NCBI GenBank assembly: GCA_013265495.1
Contig: MU058531.1
Span: forward strand, 2,604,911 to 2,668,910
Source of the DNA: Vicugna vicugna
Taxonomy: Eukaryota
Reading direction: 5' to 3'
Length of the DNA stretch: 64,000 nt
The notes under the pieces were generated by a model. That model was not told where the DNA came from. It saw nothing but the letters and a program-made list of their open reading frames with translations, and made no database searches. A program made the translations under genes and the position numbers. Shown piece by piece: positions 24,841 to 35,150 of this stretch (positions are counted from its first letter, which is position 1; the number at the start of each line of letters is the position of its first letter).

Positions 24841-24846
24841 TATAAA
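24841..24846 (+). promoter_or_regulatory. CYP26A1: CYP26A1 TATA box
   Basis: TATAAA 73 nt upstream of the ATG. Confidence 0.9.
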
Positions 24847-24913
24847 GCGGTTGCGCGGCGGGGCTCGGAGCGCTGGCGGCGGCGGCAGGTGGCGCGGGAG
24901 GTCGCGACGCGCC

Positions 24914-25102
24914 ATGGGTCTTCCGGCACTGCTGGCCAGTGCGCTCTGCACATTCGTGCTACCGCTGCTGCTCTTCCTGGCCGCGATCAAGCTCTGGGAC
25001 CTGTACTGCGTGAGCAGCCGGGACCGCAGCTGCACCCTCCCTTTGCCCCCTGGAACTATGGGCTTCCCCTTTTTTGGGGAAACACTGCAGATGGTGCTAC
25101 AG
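24914..25102 (+). CDS. CYP26A1: Cytochrome P450 26A1 exon 1
   Basis: gccATGg start. MGLPALLASALCTFVLPLLLFLAAIKLWDLY...PPGTMGFPFFGETLQMVLQ. Donor gtaagg. 189 nt. Confidence 0.98.
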
Positions 25103-25286
25103 GTAAGGGAGTTTGGGATGGGACAGGACGATTCTCCGTAGCCCACTAGGGCTCCGGGCTTCCACTGAAGCCGGGGTGGGCGCCCCCGGGAGGGAGGTAA
25201 CAGCGGCTAGGATCGGGCTAGCCAGAGGCGCGGCGCTCCCCGGCGCCCCCTCACGCCCGCCTCTCTCCTCCGCTTTCTTCTCGCAG

Positions 25287-25511
25287 CGAAGGAAGTTCCT
25301 GCAGATGAAGCGCAGGAAATACGGATTCATCTACAAGACGCATCTGTTCGGGCGGCCCACTGTGCGGGTGATGGGTGCCGATAACGTGCGGCGCATCTTG
25401 CTTGGGGAGCACAGGCTGGTGTCCGTCCATTGGCCCGCGTCGGTGCGCACCATTCTGGGCTCCGGCTGCCTCTCCAACCTGCACGACTCCTCGCACAAGC
25501 AGCGCAAGAAG
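25287..25511 (+). CDS. CYP26A1: CYP26A1 exon 2
   Basis: Acceptor ctcgcag. RRKFLQMKRRKYGFIYKTHLFGRP...HKQRKK. Donor gtgagg. 225 nt. Confidence 0.98.
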
Positions 25512-25764
25512 GTGAGGGCGGGGTGGCGGCGCCTGGACAGGAAGGAAGGGGGACCCCATTCGCCGGAGGAGTTTAGGCAGATAGGTGCTGGGGGAGCGCC
25601 AGCTGCATAAGGCGGCGGCTGGGACCCTTTTAAATTCAGTGTAGCTTTCCCAGCTGGGAAATGCCTTGGGTCTGGCGGGGTTGGGGATGTCTGGAAGGGG
25701 ACCCCAGAAGGCGACAGAGGCGGATGGAGCCCGATTTTAACACTCTCCCCTCCTCGGAGTTCAG

Positions 25765-26055
25765 GTGATCATGCGGGCCTTCAGCCGCGAGGCGCTCCAG
25801 TGCTATGTGCCGGTGATCACCGAGGAAGTGAGCAATTGCTTGGAGCAGTGGCTGAGCTGCGGCGAGCGTGGCCTCCTAGTCTACCCCCAAGTGAAACGCC
25901 TCATGTTCCGCATCGCCATGCGCATTCTGCTGGGCTGCGAGCCTCGGCTGGCGAGCGGCGGGGAAGCCGAGCAGCAGTTGGTGGAGGCCTTCGAGGAAAT
26001 GACCCGCAATCTCTTCTCGTTGCCCATCGACGTGCCCTTCAGCGGGTTGTACCGG
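25765..26055 (+). CDS. CYP26A1: CYP26A1 exon 3
   Basis: Acceptor gttcag. VIMRAFSREAL...LPIDVPFSGLYR. Donor gtaaga. 291 nt. Confidence 0.98.
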
Positions 26056-26134
26056 GTAAGAGCGGCACGTAGGGTGCGGAGCCAGGGAAGTGGGGTCCGT
26101 GCTTCTGCTCACAATCTTGCGCCTCTGGGATCAG

Positions 26135-26293
26135 GGCCTGAAGGCGCGGAACCTCATCCATGCGCGCATCGAGGAGAATATTCGCGCCAAGATCTGCGGG
26201 CTGCGGGCGGCCGAGGCAGGCGGGGGCTGCAAGGATGCACTGCAGCTGTTGATTGAGCACTCGTGGGAGAGGGGAGAGAGGCTGGACATGCAG
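26135..26293 (+). CDS. CYP26A1: CYP26A1 exon 4
   Basis: Acceptor gatcag. GLKARNLIHARIEENI...GERLDMQ. Donor gtgagt. 159 nt; the preceding intron is only 79 nt. Confidence 0.97.
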
Positions 26294-26776
26294 GTGAGTG
26301 GCAGCTTCAGGAGAGGCACTGCGGAGTTTGATCCCCTGGCTTTCCAAGAGCAGTTTCTGTGATCCCCAAAGTGCCCCCCCTGGGGCCCAGCTTCCCAGTG
26401 TGGGAAGCCCGCCCAGACCCCAGGGATGGGACCCAGAGGTTGAGACATCTGGTCGGCAGAGCTGTGGAAGAGGCTGCGTCCCCTAACCCTTCCAGGTTTT
26501 AAAGGGAAGGTTGGAATTTGCAAAATGTAAATAATGTTGGGTGGTTTTTAATATAACCAAGGCTTTAATTCGAGAGTTCCTGGGAGAGTGGGATCTTACT
26601 GTCCTTCCTGCTCTAGTTGAACTAAAGGGTCTTAGCATTCTGTTTAAATAGATTTTCTGTCAGCAAACTTTTAATCCTTCTCATCTTCCCTCCAGAACCC
26701 TCAGTTCTATTCTGAGTAATTGCTCTGTAAAGTTGCATGCAAACTTGTCAAAATGTTCGTCTTAATTCACTCTCAG

Positions 26777-26911
26777 GCACTAAAGCAATCTTCAACGGAG
26801 CTCCTCTTTGGAGGACACGAAACCACGGCCAGTGCGGCCACATCTCTGATCACTTACCTAGGGCTCTACCCACATGTCCTCCAGAAAGTGCGGGAGGAGC
26901 TGAAGAGTAAG
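26777..26911 (+). CDS. CYP26A1: CYP26A1 exon 5 (I-helix GGHETT)
   Basis: Acceptor ctctcag. ALKQSSTELLFGGHETTASAA...EELKSK. Donor gtaggg. 135 nt. Confidence 0.98.
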
Positions 26912-27486
26912 GTAGGGGACTGTGGGTGGGGTGGGGAGGGGGGCTCTCTTAGCTTAAACTTTGCTGCTCTCTAGCTAATTTCCCAGTAAGTAAGTGTGCT
27001 GCCTTCCTTGAATATATGGGAAATGCTAGGCCAAGGGGTGGGTAAAGAGAATTAGCTTTGTGAATAAAAAGGAATCTTGATCTGTGAGCCCACTCGGGCA
27101 GGGTTCAACTTGGTATTCCTGCCTCCACTTTTGGCAGAACCTTGGAGACTTTCAGATAGCTTCCACCTTCTTGGATTTGTGTGTCCAAGGGCATGAATGG
27201 GGAACTCCTGGGTGGCTGCGGTGGCAGCAAGGTTGGTGGTGATTGAGGGAGGGGGATAAACTTGGTGGTTTTAACTGGTGAGCAGCATTCTCTGGGAATT
27301 GTAAATAGTGGATTTGGGCCCAGGGGTGGAGGCAAATGGTCACTAGCTGCTCACTGTTTCCCCCTCACACTCTCCCATCATGGGGCCCTCTGGGTCTAGC
27401 CGCCACTTAAGCCCTGTTTACATCTGCTGGGCTGACTTTATTGGAGCACAAAGTAACTGTTCACCTCTGTATGACTGTTTTGATAG

Positions 27487-27639
27487 GGTTTACTTTGTAA
27501 GGGCAATCAAGACAACAAGTTGGACATGGAAATTTTGGAACAGCTTAAATACATTGGGTGTGTTATTAAAGAGACCCTTCGACTGAATCCCCCAGTTCCA
27601 GGAGGGTTTCGGGTTGCCCTTAAGACTTTTGAATTAAAT
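27487..27639 (+). CDS. CYP26A1: CYP26A1 exon 6 (K-helix ETLR)
   Basis: Acceptor ttgatag. GLLCKGNQDNKLDMEILEQLKYIGCVIKETLRLNPPVPGGFRVALKTFELN. Donor gtaagt. 153 nt. Translated by hand; this frame is not in the ORF track. Confidence 0.97.
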
Positions 27640-27964
27640 GTAAGTGAAAAGTGCTCTTCCTAACCACCCCCGCGCCCCCCATCCCCCGCCATGTTGTGTG
27701 TTGTGGTTTTAAATCTCCCTTTGCTTCCCTGTGCTTTGACTTAAATTTCTTAGGCTTTTGATGACATTGTCTTGCCCCATGTGAAAACATGTTTCAGCAT
27801 CCTGAATGTCTGTCTGTCTGTCTCTTTCTCTCTCACACCTCCAGTCTCCACCCCCAGTCTCACTTTCATTCAACTCATAACTTCTCCAAGGATATCAGTG
27901 AGAGAATTTTCTTGTTGAAAGTTGAGTTCCAGTTTGTCAGCCCTTGGGATCTCATTTTTTGCAG

Positions 27965-28306
27965 GGATACCAGATTCCCAAGGGCTGGAATGTTATCTAC
28001 AGTATCTGCGATACTCACGATGTTGCGGATATCTTCACCAACAAGGAGGAATTTAATCCTGACCGCTTTCTGCTGCCTCACCCAGAAGATGCATCCAGGT
28101 TTAGCTTCATTCCATTTGGAGGCGGCCTCAGGAGCTGTGTAGGGAAAGAGTTTGCAAAAATTCTTCTCAAAATATTTACAGTGGAGCTGGCCAGGCATTG
28201 TGACTGGCGGCTTCTAAATGGACCTCCTACAATGAAAACGAGTCCCACCGTGTACCCTGTGGACGATCTCCCAGCAAGGTTCACCCGTTTCCAGGGGGAA
28301 ATCTGA
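27965..28306 (+). CDS. CYP26A1: CYP26A1 exon 7 (heme-binding)
   Basis: Acceptor tttgcag. GYQIPKGWNV...FNPDRF...FGGGLRSCVG...FQGEI, stop TGA. The seven exons sum to 497 aa. Confidence 0.98.
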   Translation, partial: GYQIPKGWNVIYSICDTHDVADIFTNKEEFNPDRFLLPHPEDASRFSFIPFGGGLRSCVGKEFAKILLKIFTVELARHCDWRLLNGPPTMKTSPTVYPVDDLPARFTRFQGEI

Positions 28307-28472
28307 TGGCAAGTGCGCCCAGACCTCGGACTTATTTGAAGTGTACATGAGTTTTTACATAGTGTTGTGTTGATTTTATTATATTTAATTTCTAAATGTA
28401 TATTATAATATTTATGTGTCTCTTCTACAGTACCACAGTCTTTAAATATTAAAATAATCTGGATAGTTTCCA

Positions 28473-28478
28473 AATAAA
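28473..28478 (+). terminator. CYP26A1: CYP26A1 proximal poly(A) signal AATAAA
   Basis: AATAAA 167 nt after the stop, with ATTAAA at 28448 and T/GT-rich sequence downstream. Confidence 0.6.
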
Positions 28479-28662
28479 GTAAAATCTGAAGGTGCTTGTC
28501 TTGCACTTAATATTCTTGTGGGGGAAAGTCACTGGTTTTATTTTTGTGTATTTAACGAGATTTCTAAATGTCTACATGTATGGCTTCATTTGTCATCTGT
28601 GCATATCTACTTTCTGTGGGGAGAAACTTTAGCTGTTTTTTTCTCTTAACAGTTGTTAGAAA

Positions 28663-28663
<1 letters not shown>

Positions 28664-28708
<45 letters not shown>
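28664..28708. repeat. (TG)22 microsatellite
   Basis: Perfect TG dinucleotide run. Confidence 0.97.
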
Positions 28709-28709
<1 letters not shown>

Positions 28710-28852
28710 AGTTAGTCCAAAGGTAATTTTGTAAATTTTTCTATGGTAATTTAGATTCTCTATTTAGAAAATGGATCAAAGTTAATTAAAAAATGTACCG
28801 TAGGGGTTTGCTTTACTTTAGGGAAAGATGAATTTGAAAAGATAACACCTTG

Positions 28853-29012
28853 TGGGGGGAAGGTATAGCTCTGTGGTAGAGTGCATGCCTAGCATGCACA
28901 AAGTCCTGGGTTCAATCCCCAGTACCTCCATTAAAAATAAACAAACAAACAAACAAACAAACCTAATTAACTCCTCCTCCATTTAAAAAACATTTAAAAA
29001 ACCAATTTTTAA
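28853..29012 (+). mobile_element. tRNA-derived SINE (Vic-1-like)
   Basis: A/B boxes, (AAAC)n tail. TSD aaaagataacac(c/t)ttg at 28837 and 29013. Confidence 0.92.
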
Positions 29013-29078
29013 AAAAGATAACACTTTGAGAATATCAGTGTCTAATATAACACCTTCAGCCATAAACTTAGTATGTTC

Positions 29079-29084
29079 AATAAA
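29079..29084 (+). terminator. CYP26A1: CYP26A1 candidate distal poly(A) signal AATAAA
   Basis: AATAAA in unique sequence just past the SINE, followed by GT-containing sequence. Confidence 0.45.
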
Positions 29085-30860
29085 CATAATAAATCCAGGT
29101 TGTCACATGGTGCCGGAACTGTTTTCTGAAGTTAAAGTTTTAAATAAGACAAAGCCAGTCCCTCAGCTTATGGACAGTTATTGACTAAAAGGAGATCCCA
29201 AGTCACTGATGTGTTTCCTTTACTCTGAAGTTGCATATAAAAACAGTATTGGAAAAGGCCAATCTCTGGTTGAGATAAGCGAATCCAGATTTTCTGTATT
29301 GAAAATAAGGCAGGAGGAGTAGATTTAGCAAACTGACAGATAAAGTTTTTATCTATGCCAGGCAATAGGGTGTGAGCCTGACATGACTGATAAAATGGCC
29401 CAGTCATGACCCTGTGAACCTTGGCTAACCTCCGCGAAAGTGCGGTTTTGTCACATTTCTGACCCTGGCATAGCCGTGTTCTGAACTGAAGGCCAGGCGC
29501 TCCATCCAGAAAGGTTAGCCCGGTGACTTGCTTATGCAAGCACATTTTCAGTTTTGAAATGGCCCAATCTGCTTACTGAACCTCTGATGGCTGGTAGGTC
29601 TTGGACTTTAAAATTTTCATTACAATTTTAGAATTTGGCAAGGGAATACTGCAGAAAAACCGGGTGGTCTCAACAGGTGTTTGAAAAGGCTTCTGACTAC
29701 AATGAGAGCTACGTGTTCTACCTGACTTATGTCTTCCAGGTAGAACTTGGATTGTAACTTATGGTTGGAATCCTCTGATTTTTTAAAGGGGTGTTTACAT
29801 AATAATTTATAATACCTTATAATAACCTTATGATGCCTTTTTTTTAAATGAGAAATTACAGGCTTATTTTTTTTCAGCCAAAGCTTTAGTGTGCTGTGGA
29901 TTGCAAAGCCGACCCCTCCCCCAAAATTCGCCACGGATGGTTCCAGCCAGGAGCACACAAGCCGGAGGACATTATTTCAGATCATTTATACAAGGTCAGT
30001 TTTTAAGGGTTTCAATACTTTGCGTTTTGCCAGAGAACAGTCAGCGTTTCAAAACGCCATCTTCCATGACTTGGTGACCACGTGCCTTTATGAACATAAC
30101 GCAGGATGAAATTTGAGCCATTTTAGCAGATAATTCAATTTTTTAAATCCATCTTTATTTTTTATCTGAAGAGCTTTGAGGAAAGTGCCTCTGGCTTGCA
30201 CTTCCCAGGGCTACATTTAGCCCATTTAGACTCATCGATTACAGAGGAGTGCAGAATTTATCTCAAAAATACGTTAAAAACGCAATCTTCGATAATGCGC
30301 TTAGTGCTGAGTGAAGGCAGTTTAGATGTGTGTGCGCGTGAGGCAGAATTGACGTTTGTGGGCTGCCGTGTGGACTGAAATGGGCCTGGGTCACTTCCAT
30401 CTGGGTCATGGATGCTTTACGGCACAGGCACCGCTGGGTCAGTGTCCACACCTCACCCAGTGGAGAGGTGTTTCTAGATTTAGACTTGGCCAGAATTGTG
30501 GAAGGGGAGATCACTGTGAGAAATGACTCTTTGGGGCTCCCAGGGGCTTGGCATGGTGATGGGAGAGTGCTGTGCTTGCCAAGGCCTTGGGCTGGTCTCC
30601 TTGCCAAGCTGGTCAAGTTGGTGCCCTCTGCCTCCCCATCCCTGCCTGCCTGCCGTCCCCTCTCCAGTTGGGGGGGGTGTGGTACCACCAAGGGCAGACC
30701 TTGTCAGGACTGGCATGTGAAGGCCTCCAGCTGGGTCTGTAAAGTACCAGCATTCAGAGGAATTGTAGCCTTCACCCAGCTCTGCCCCAGGAGGCCCAGA
30801 GAACACTGTGATTTGCCTGGGGCCACTCAGAGAGTGGCAGAACCAGGAAAGGCCTCCTGC

Positions 30861-30986
30861 TATTTTTTTTCCCTTTCATTTCCTTTCCTTTCCTTTTTTT
30901 TTTTTTTTTTTTTTTTTTAAAAATCTTTTATATCACTTTTTTTTTTTTTTTTTCTTTTTTTTTTTACATTTTTTTTTTTTTTTTTT
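30861..30986. repeat. Interrupted poly(T) low-complexity tract
   Basis: About 125 nt of T runs broken by short spacers. Confidence 0.9.
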
Positions 30987-31298
30987 AAAAAGAGCTAATA
31001 ACACCTGCCTGATTTCTCTCCAACTTTCTGTTGCCAAGCAGCAAGGTCCAGGAGTCTCCACCTCCTAACTTCCCTTCATGCCTCCTGCCACCACTCCCCC
31101 GCCCAGTGACAGTCCAGATCAACTCCCTTGCAGACAACTGGGGAAACGGGGAGCAGTGACAGGAAGTGGCTGCTCCCCCTGAACCCTCATCTCCTGCAAG
31201 GCTTCAGGGTGCTTTTCCAACCTTGCCATCCCCCAGAGGTCCACAAGGGGGCGGACCTCTCCCTTCTATGCCAAGCTCAGCACCCAGTGGTTTCCCCA

Positions 31299-31358
31299 CC
31301 AGTGTCCATGAAATCCAGTGTCCATGAAGTCCAGTGTCCATAAAATCCAGTGTCCATG
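31299..31358. repeat. 16-bp tandem repeat, about 3.75 copies
   Basis: ccagtgtccatgaaat / ccagtgtccatgaagt / ccagtgtccataaaat / ccagtgtccatg. Confidence 0.93.
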
Positions 31359-33662
31359 GCCTCTGGCCTAGGGCCTGCTTTTACCCAAGACAGTGAGACA
31401 CTGCAGTCACCCAGGGCTAAGCAAGGACTCAACCTCAGGCCTGGTCATGTCTGCCTGGCCCCTCTGGAAGGGTCACCCTTGGCTGGGTTGATCTGGACCA
31501 TCTTTGAGTTTCTGAAGCAGCCACCACCTGCTGCATCTCTGAGGTTGGCTGGCTCTAGTTTCCAGCACTGCCCATGTACTGCCCATGTTGCTCTTACTAT
31601 CCCTGGAAAATGGCCCACAGTTTTCAGAAAGTGGGGAGCACTATTTTCGAAGGACATGGGCATACTAGTTGGTGTTCAGATGACCTTCACCAGATCTGGA
31701 ATCTATCCCACAAAAGCACTGTACAAGGAACTAAGAACGTCTAGGGAGGTGGTGGTGGCCCCACCTTCAAACAGTTAAAGGGCTGCTGTAGTAAATACGA
31801 GTTCAGACCTGTTCCGAAGGACAGAGCATGCACTTAGGAGGGCGAGCTAGACAGAAGGAAATAGTGCCATATAAGAAAAACATTTTGAGACAACTAGAGC
31901 CCTTTGGTGACAACACAGGCCGCCTTGTGAGACAGCAAGCTCCCTGTCAACGGAGGCGTCCAAACTCAAGCTGGACCACCAAGCTGCCATAAGGGTTCTG
32001 CCATGGAGGGAGAGCTTGGGTTTAATGACTCCCAGGTTCCCTTCCAAAATTCAAGACCTGTGATTTGGTGTTAATTCCATTGCTCAGATACCTACTTTAC
32101 TTTGAAATGCAGATTAACTCCGATCTAGGAAGATAGGACATCCTGACACCCTCCTCCGGGGCATTCAGCAGTCTTTGGTGATCATTCTATCAAAGCTCCA
32201 AGCCAGATGTGGAGATGGGACCCAGGGGCCTGACATGTGTCCTCACAGGGACACTGAAACCCCTGTATTGATTGCTGGGAATTTCTGTCCTGCTCTGTGA
32301 CCTGGTGCTTCCAGCTCCTTGTCCGGCGCCTGCTCCCACATCCTCTAGGCCTCTCTCAGCTGTGCTGAGCTGACCAGGCACTTGACCTGGCTTCTGGGGT
32401 AATACTCTGAGACCTTCCCCAGTGCTCCCTGGCCTCCACGACGCCCCGTGCTGACACTGGACTCTGCCCTGTTGTCCTTTCTCTCCGCCTCCTCAAAAGT
32501 TACTCACAGGCAGGGGCTATGTCTCATCTTTGGAATCTTGTAAATTCAGCCCATTCTCTTGTACCTCCCCAGCCTCGCCCAGAACACATTCACATGAGAG
32601 GTGTTCCTTGGGAGGGAAAATTTCTTGGGGCCAATCAACACCATTCACCTTATGTCTCTCCAGCTTCGTGGTGCCATGTTTTTCTTTGAAAAGTGAAACT
32701 TTCATCCTTGGAAAATCTCAGTGGCCGCAAGCTTACACGGCTGTGGTTTAACAGCATGTCACATTCCTGAAACCAATGCTCCACGGGTATTTGGCCAAAC
32801 AAGCTTTCCTTCTTTTGAAGTAGAGTCAACTCAAGTTAGAACCCTGAGACAGGGTGGAAACTTAGCCCTGGATTACGTGGTGGGTTTTCTGGGTGAAAGT
32901 TATCATGTTGCAATATTCATAACCATGCACCACCGCACAGAAGCTGACCCACACCATCTAATTTCTCACCACTGCCAAACCCCTCCCTGGTCCATCAAGG
33001 GGTCAGAAATCTACTCACTCATTTCTGACCATAGATGTTTCAAGAATTTTATCTGAAGCCACTAACAGGTTCATTTAATTCAAATGCTTTGTGAGATGAC
33101 ACAGAAGTACTTTGCTTACAATAGATATTTGACTAAACACATTGATTTATTAAGTACAGCTGTACCATCCAACATAACAGTGCTTTACTGAATAAGAGAG
33201 GAGAGGATTTGGTATTTTGAAATAAGAACTTTTTTTAATATCAATCAGTCACAGATTTTCGAGCTGGAACGAAGATTATGGATGGATCATCCAACCCACT
33301 CAGTTTACAGCCAAGGCTGTAAAAAAATTTAAAGTCTCAACTGAGAATCAGGACTGGCAGTCCAGTGTCCATACTGGAGGATCAGTCCTCACTGAAAAAA
33401 AACTATATTGTTTATTTATATACATGTCATGAATAAAGGGCAGGTGAGCAGATTATTTGAGACCAAATTGCTTACAGTTTCTTGCCCTCACTGTGCCGTG
33501 GGGACCTGGAGTTGTGTGGCCACCAAGGATTTGACACGAAGCCCGGCAGAAGGTGTAGACTGCTGGCATTTCTGGTGGGGCTGGGGGCTGGGTCTGCATG
33601 TTGGTAGAACTGGACCCTCAGACATTTTGAGTTTCTTCCGCTGAACAGCAGAAAATCATTTC

Positions 33663-34172
33663 TGTTATAGGTTAAATTTATCCTCTTCCCTGAAATAAAA
33701 GGGTTGAAGTTCTAACCTTCAATACATCAGAATGTGACTGTATTAGGCAGTGGGGTCCTTACAGAGGTAATCAAGTTAAGGTGAGTGGGCCCTCTTCCAA
33801 TATGACTGCAGTCCTTATGAAAAGGGGAAATTTGGACCCAGGGATAGATGCACACAGAGGGAAGATGCTGTGGAGATAAGCATAGAGAACACCATATGAA
33901 GATGGAGGACCGAAGCCATGTATCTACAATCTAAGGGATGCTTGAGATTCCTGACAAATCTCCAGAAGCCAGGAAGAGTCAAAGAGAGATTCCCCTACAG
34001 CTTTCAAAGGGAGCCCACACCATGACTTCAGACTTCTCGGTAAGAACTGTGAGACTTCATTTCCAGCTTCGAGATCAGCCTGCCTCCAGAATTGAGACAG
34101 TCCATTTTGGTTGCTCTGAACTGCCCAGGTTGTGGTACTCTTTTCAATGGCAGCCCTCAGAAACTAATGCCA
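33663..34172 (+). mobile_element. MaLR solo LTR (MLT1-type)
   Basis: TG...CA ends; motifs cagaatgtgactgtatt, gaggtaatcaagttaa and cagccctcagaaactaat. Confidence 0.8.
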
Positions 34173-34205
34173 TTTCCAAAGGCAAGAAGCCTTATTTGTG
34201 AGAAA

Positions 34206-34377
34206 CAGCAGTTCTCAATGTTAGCGTGCATCAGAAACCCCCGGAGGGCTTGCTGAAATACAGATTACTGGGCTCCACCCCAGAGTTTCTGGATTTGATC
34301 CAAGAATTTGCATTTCTAGCTAGTTTTCAGGAGATGTTGATACTGCTGATCCCAGGACCACACTTTGAGAACCACTG
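34206..34377. mobile_element. MER5A-like hAT-Charlie MITE
   Basis: Terminal inverted repeats cagcagttctcaa / ttgagaaccactg and internal tttgcatttcta. Confidence 0.85.
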
Positions 34378-34739
34378 GCAAAAAGTTTCTGATCTCTAAG
34401 TCAAGGATCACAGAGGGGCCAGCAGGTAATTTAACAAGTGGTATAGCCAGGGAGAGAGACAGCTGGAGGCGGTGGGTGGTGGATGTGCCCTAGAGGGGCT
34501 GGTGCTGCTCAGCCTGGTTTATTTTTGACCCATAGGAATGAAAGACCTTCTAATTTGGGGGGAAGTGCTGGAAATCCAGATTTGCATAGGGCTGTCCTGA
34601 TATTTAGATATTGGTCACTAATTCATATTAAGAAAAATTGTGCAGGCAAAATAAAATTTGCTTGTGGCCCCAATGGCTGCCAATTTGCAACATCTTGGGT
34701 CTTTGATCCTTGAGAAGTTTACAGAGTACTTGCTTGAGA

Positions 34740-35150
34740 ATGGCTCAGCTGTGTGGTCTGTCTCAGAGTCTCTCAGAAAGTTGCAGTTAAGGTGTTGGCT
34801 GGGGCTGTGCCACCTGAAGGCTTGGCTGATGCTGGAAAAGCCCCTTCCAAGTTGGCTCCCTTACATGGCTGCTGGCAAGAGGTCTCCGTAGCTTGTCATG
34901 CGAATCTCTGTAGGACGGCTTGGGTACCCTCACAGCATGGCAGCTGGCTTCACCCGTGGGCAGGTAATCTAAAACAGCAGCAAGACAGAAGCTTTAGTAT
35001 TTTTCATGACCTGGCTTTGGGAGTCACACTCCACTTCCACAATATCCTACTGTTACACAGTTTAGCCCTATCCAGGGTGGAGAGAGCCACGAAGATGTGA
35101 AGACAAGGAGGTGAGAGGTATTGGGGGCCATCTTAGACACTGGCTAACAT
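34740..35150 (-). mobile_element. MaLR LTR remnant (MLT1-type)
   Basis: Motifs ggctcagctg, ctgaaggcttg, ctcacagcatggcagctggctt and ggggccatctt. Confidence 0.7.

Larger units (their letters stand above)
22700..26300. promoter_or_regulatory. CpG-rich domain over CYP26A1 upstream region and exons 1-4
   Basis: High GC/CpG content by inspection; boundaries approximate. Confidence 0.7.

Noticed and set aside
31299..31358. CRISPR-like array
   Set aside because: Head-to-tail repeats with no spacers, in a mammalian context with no cas genes.
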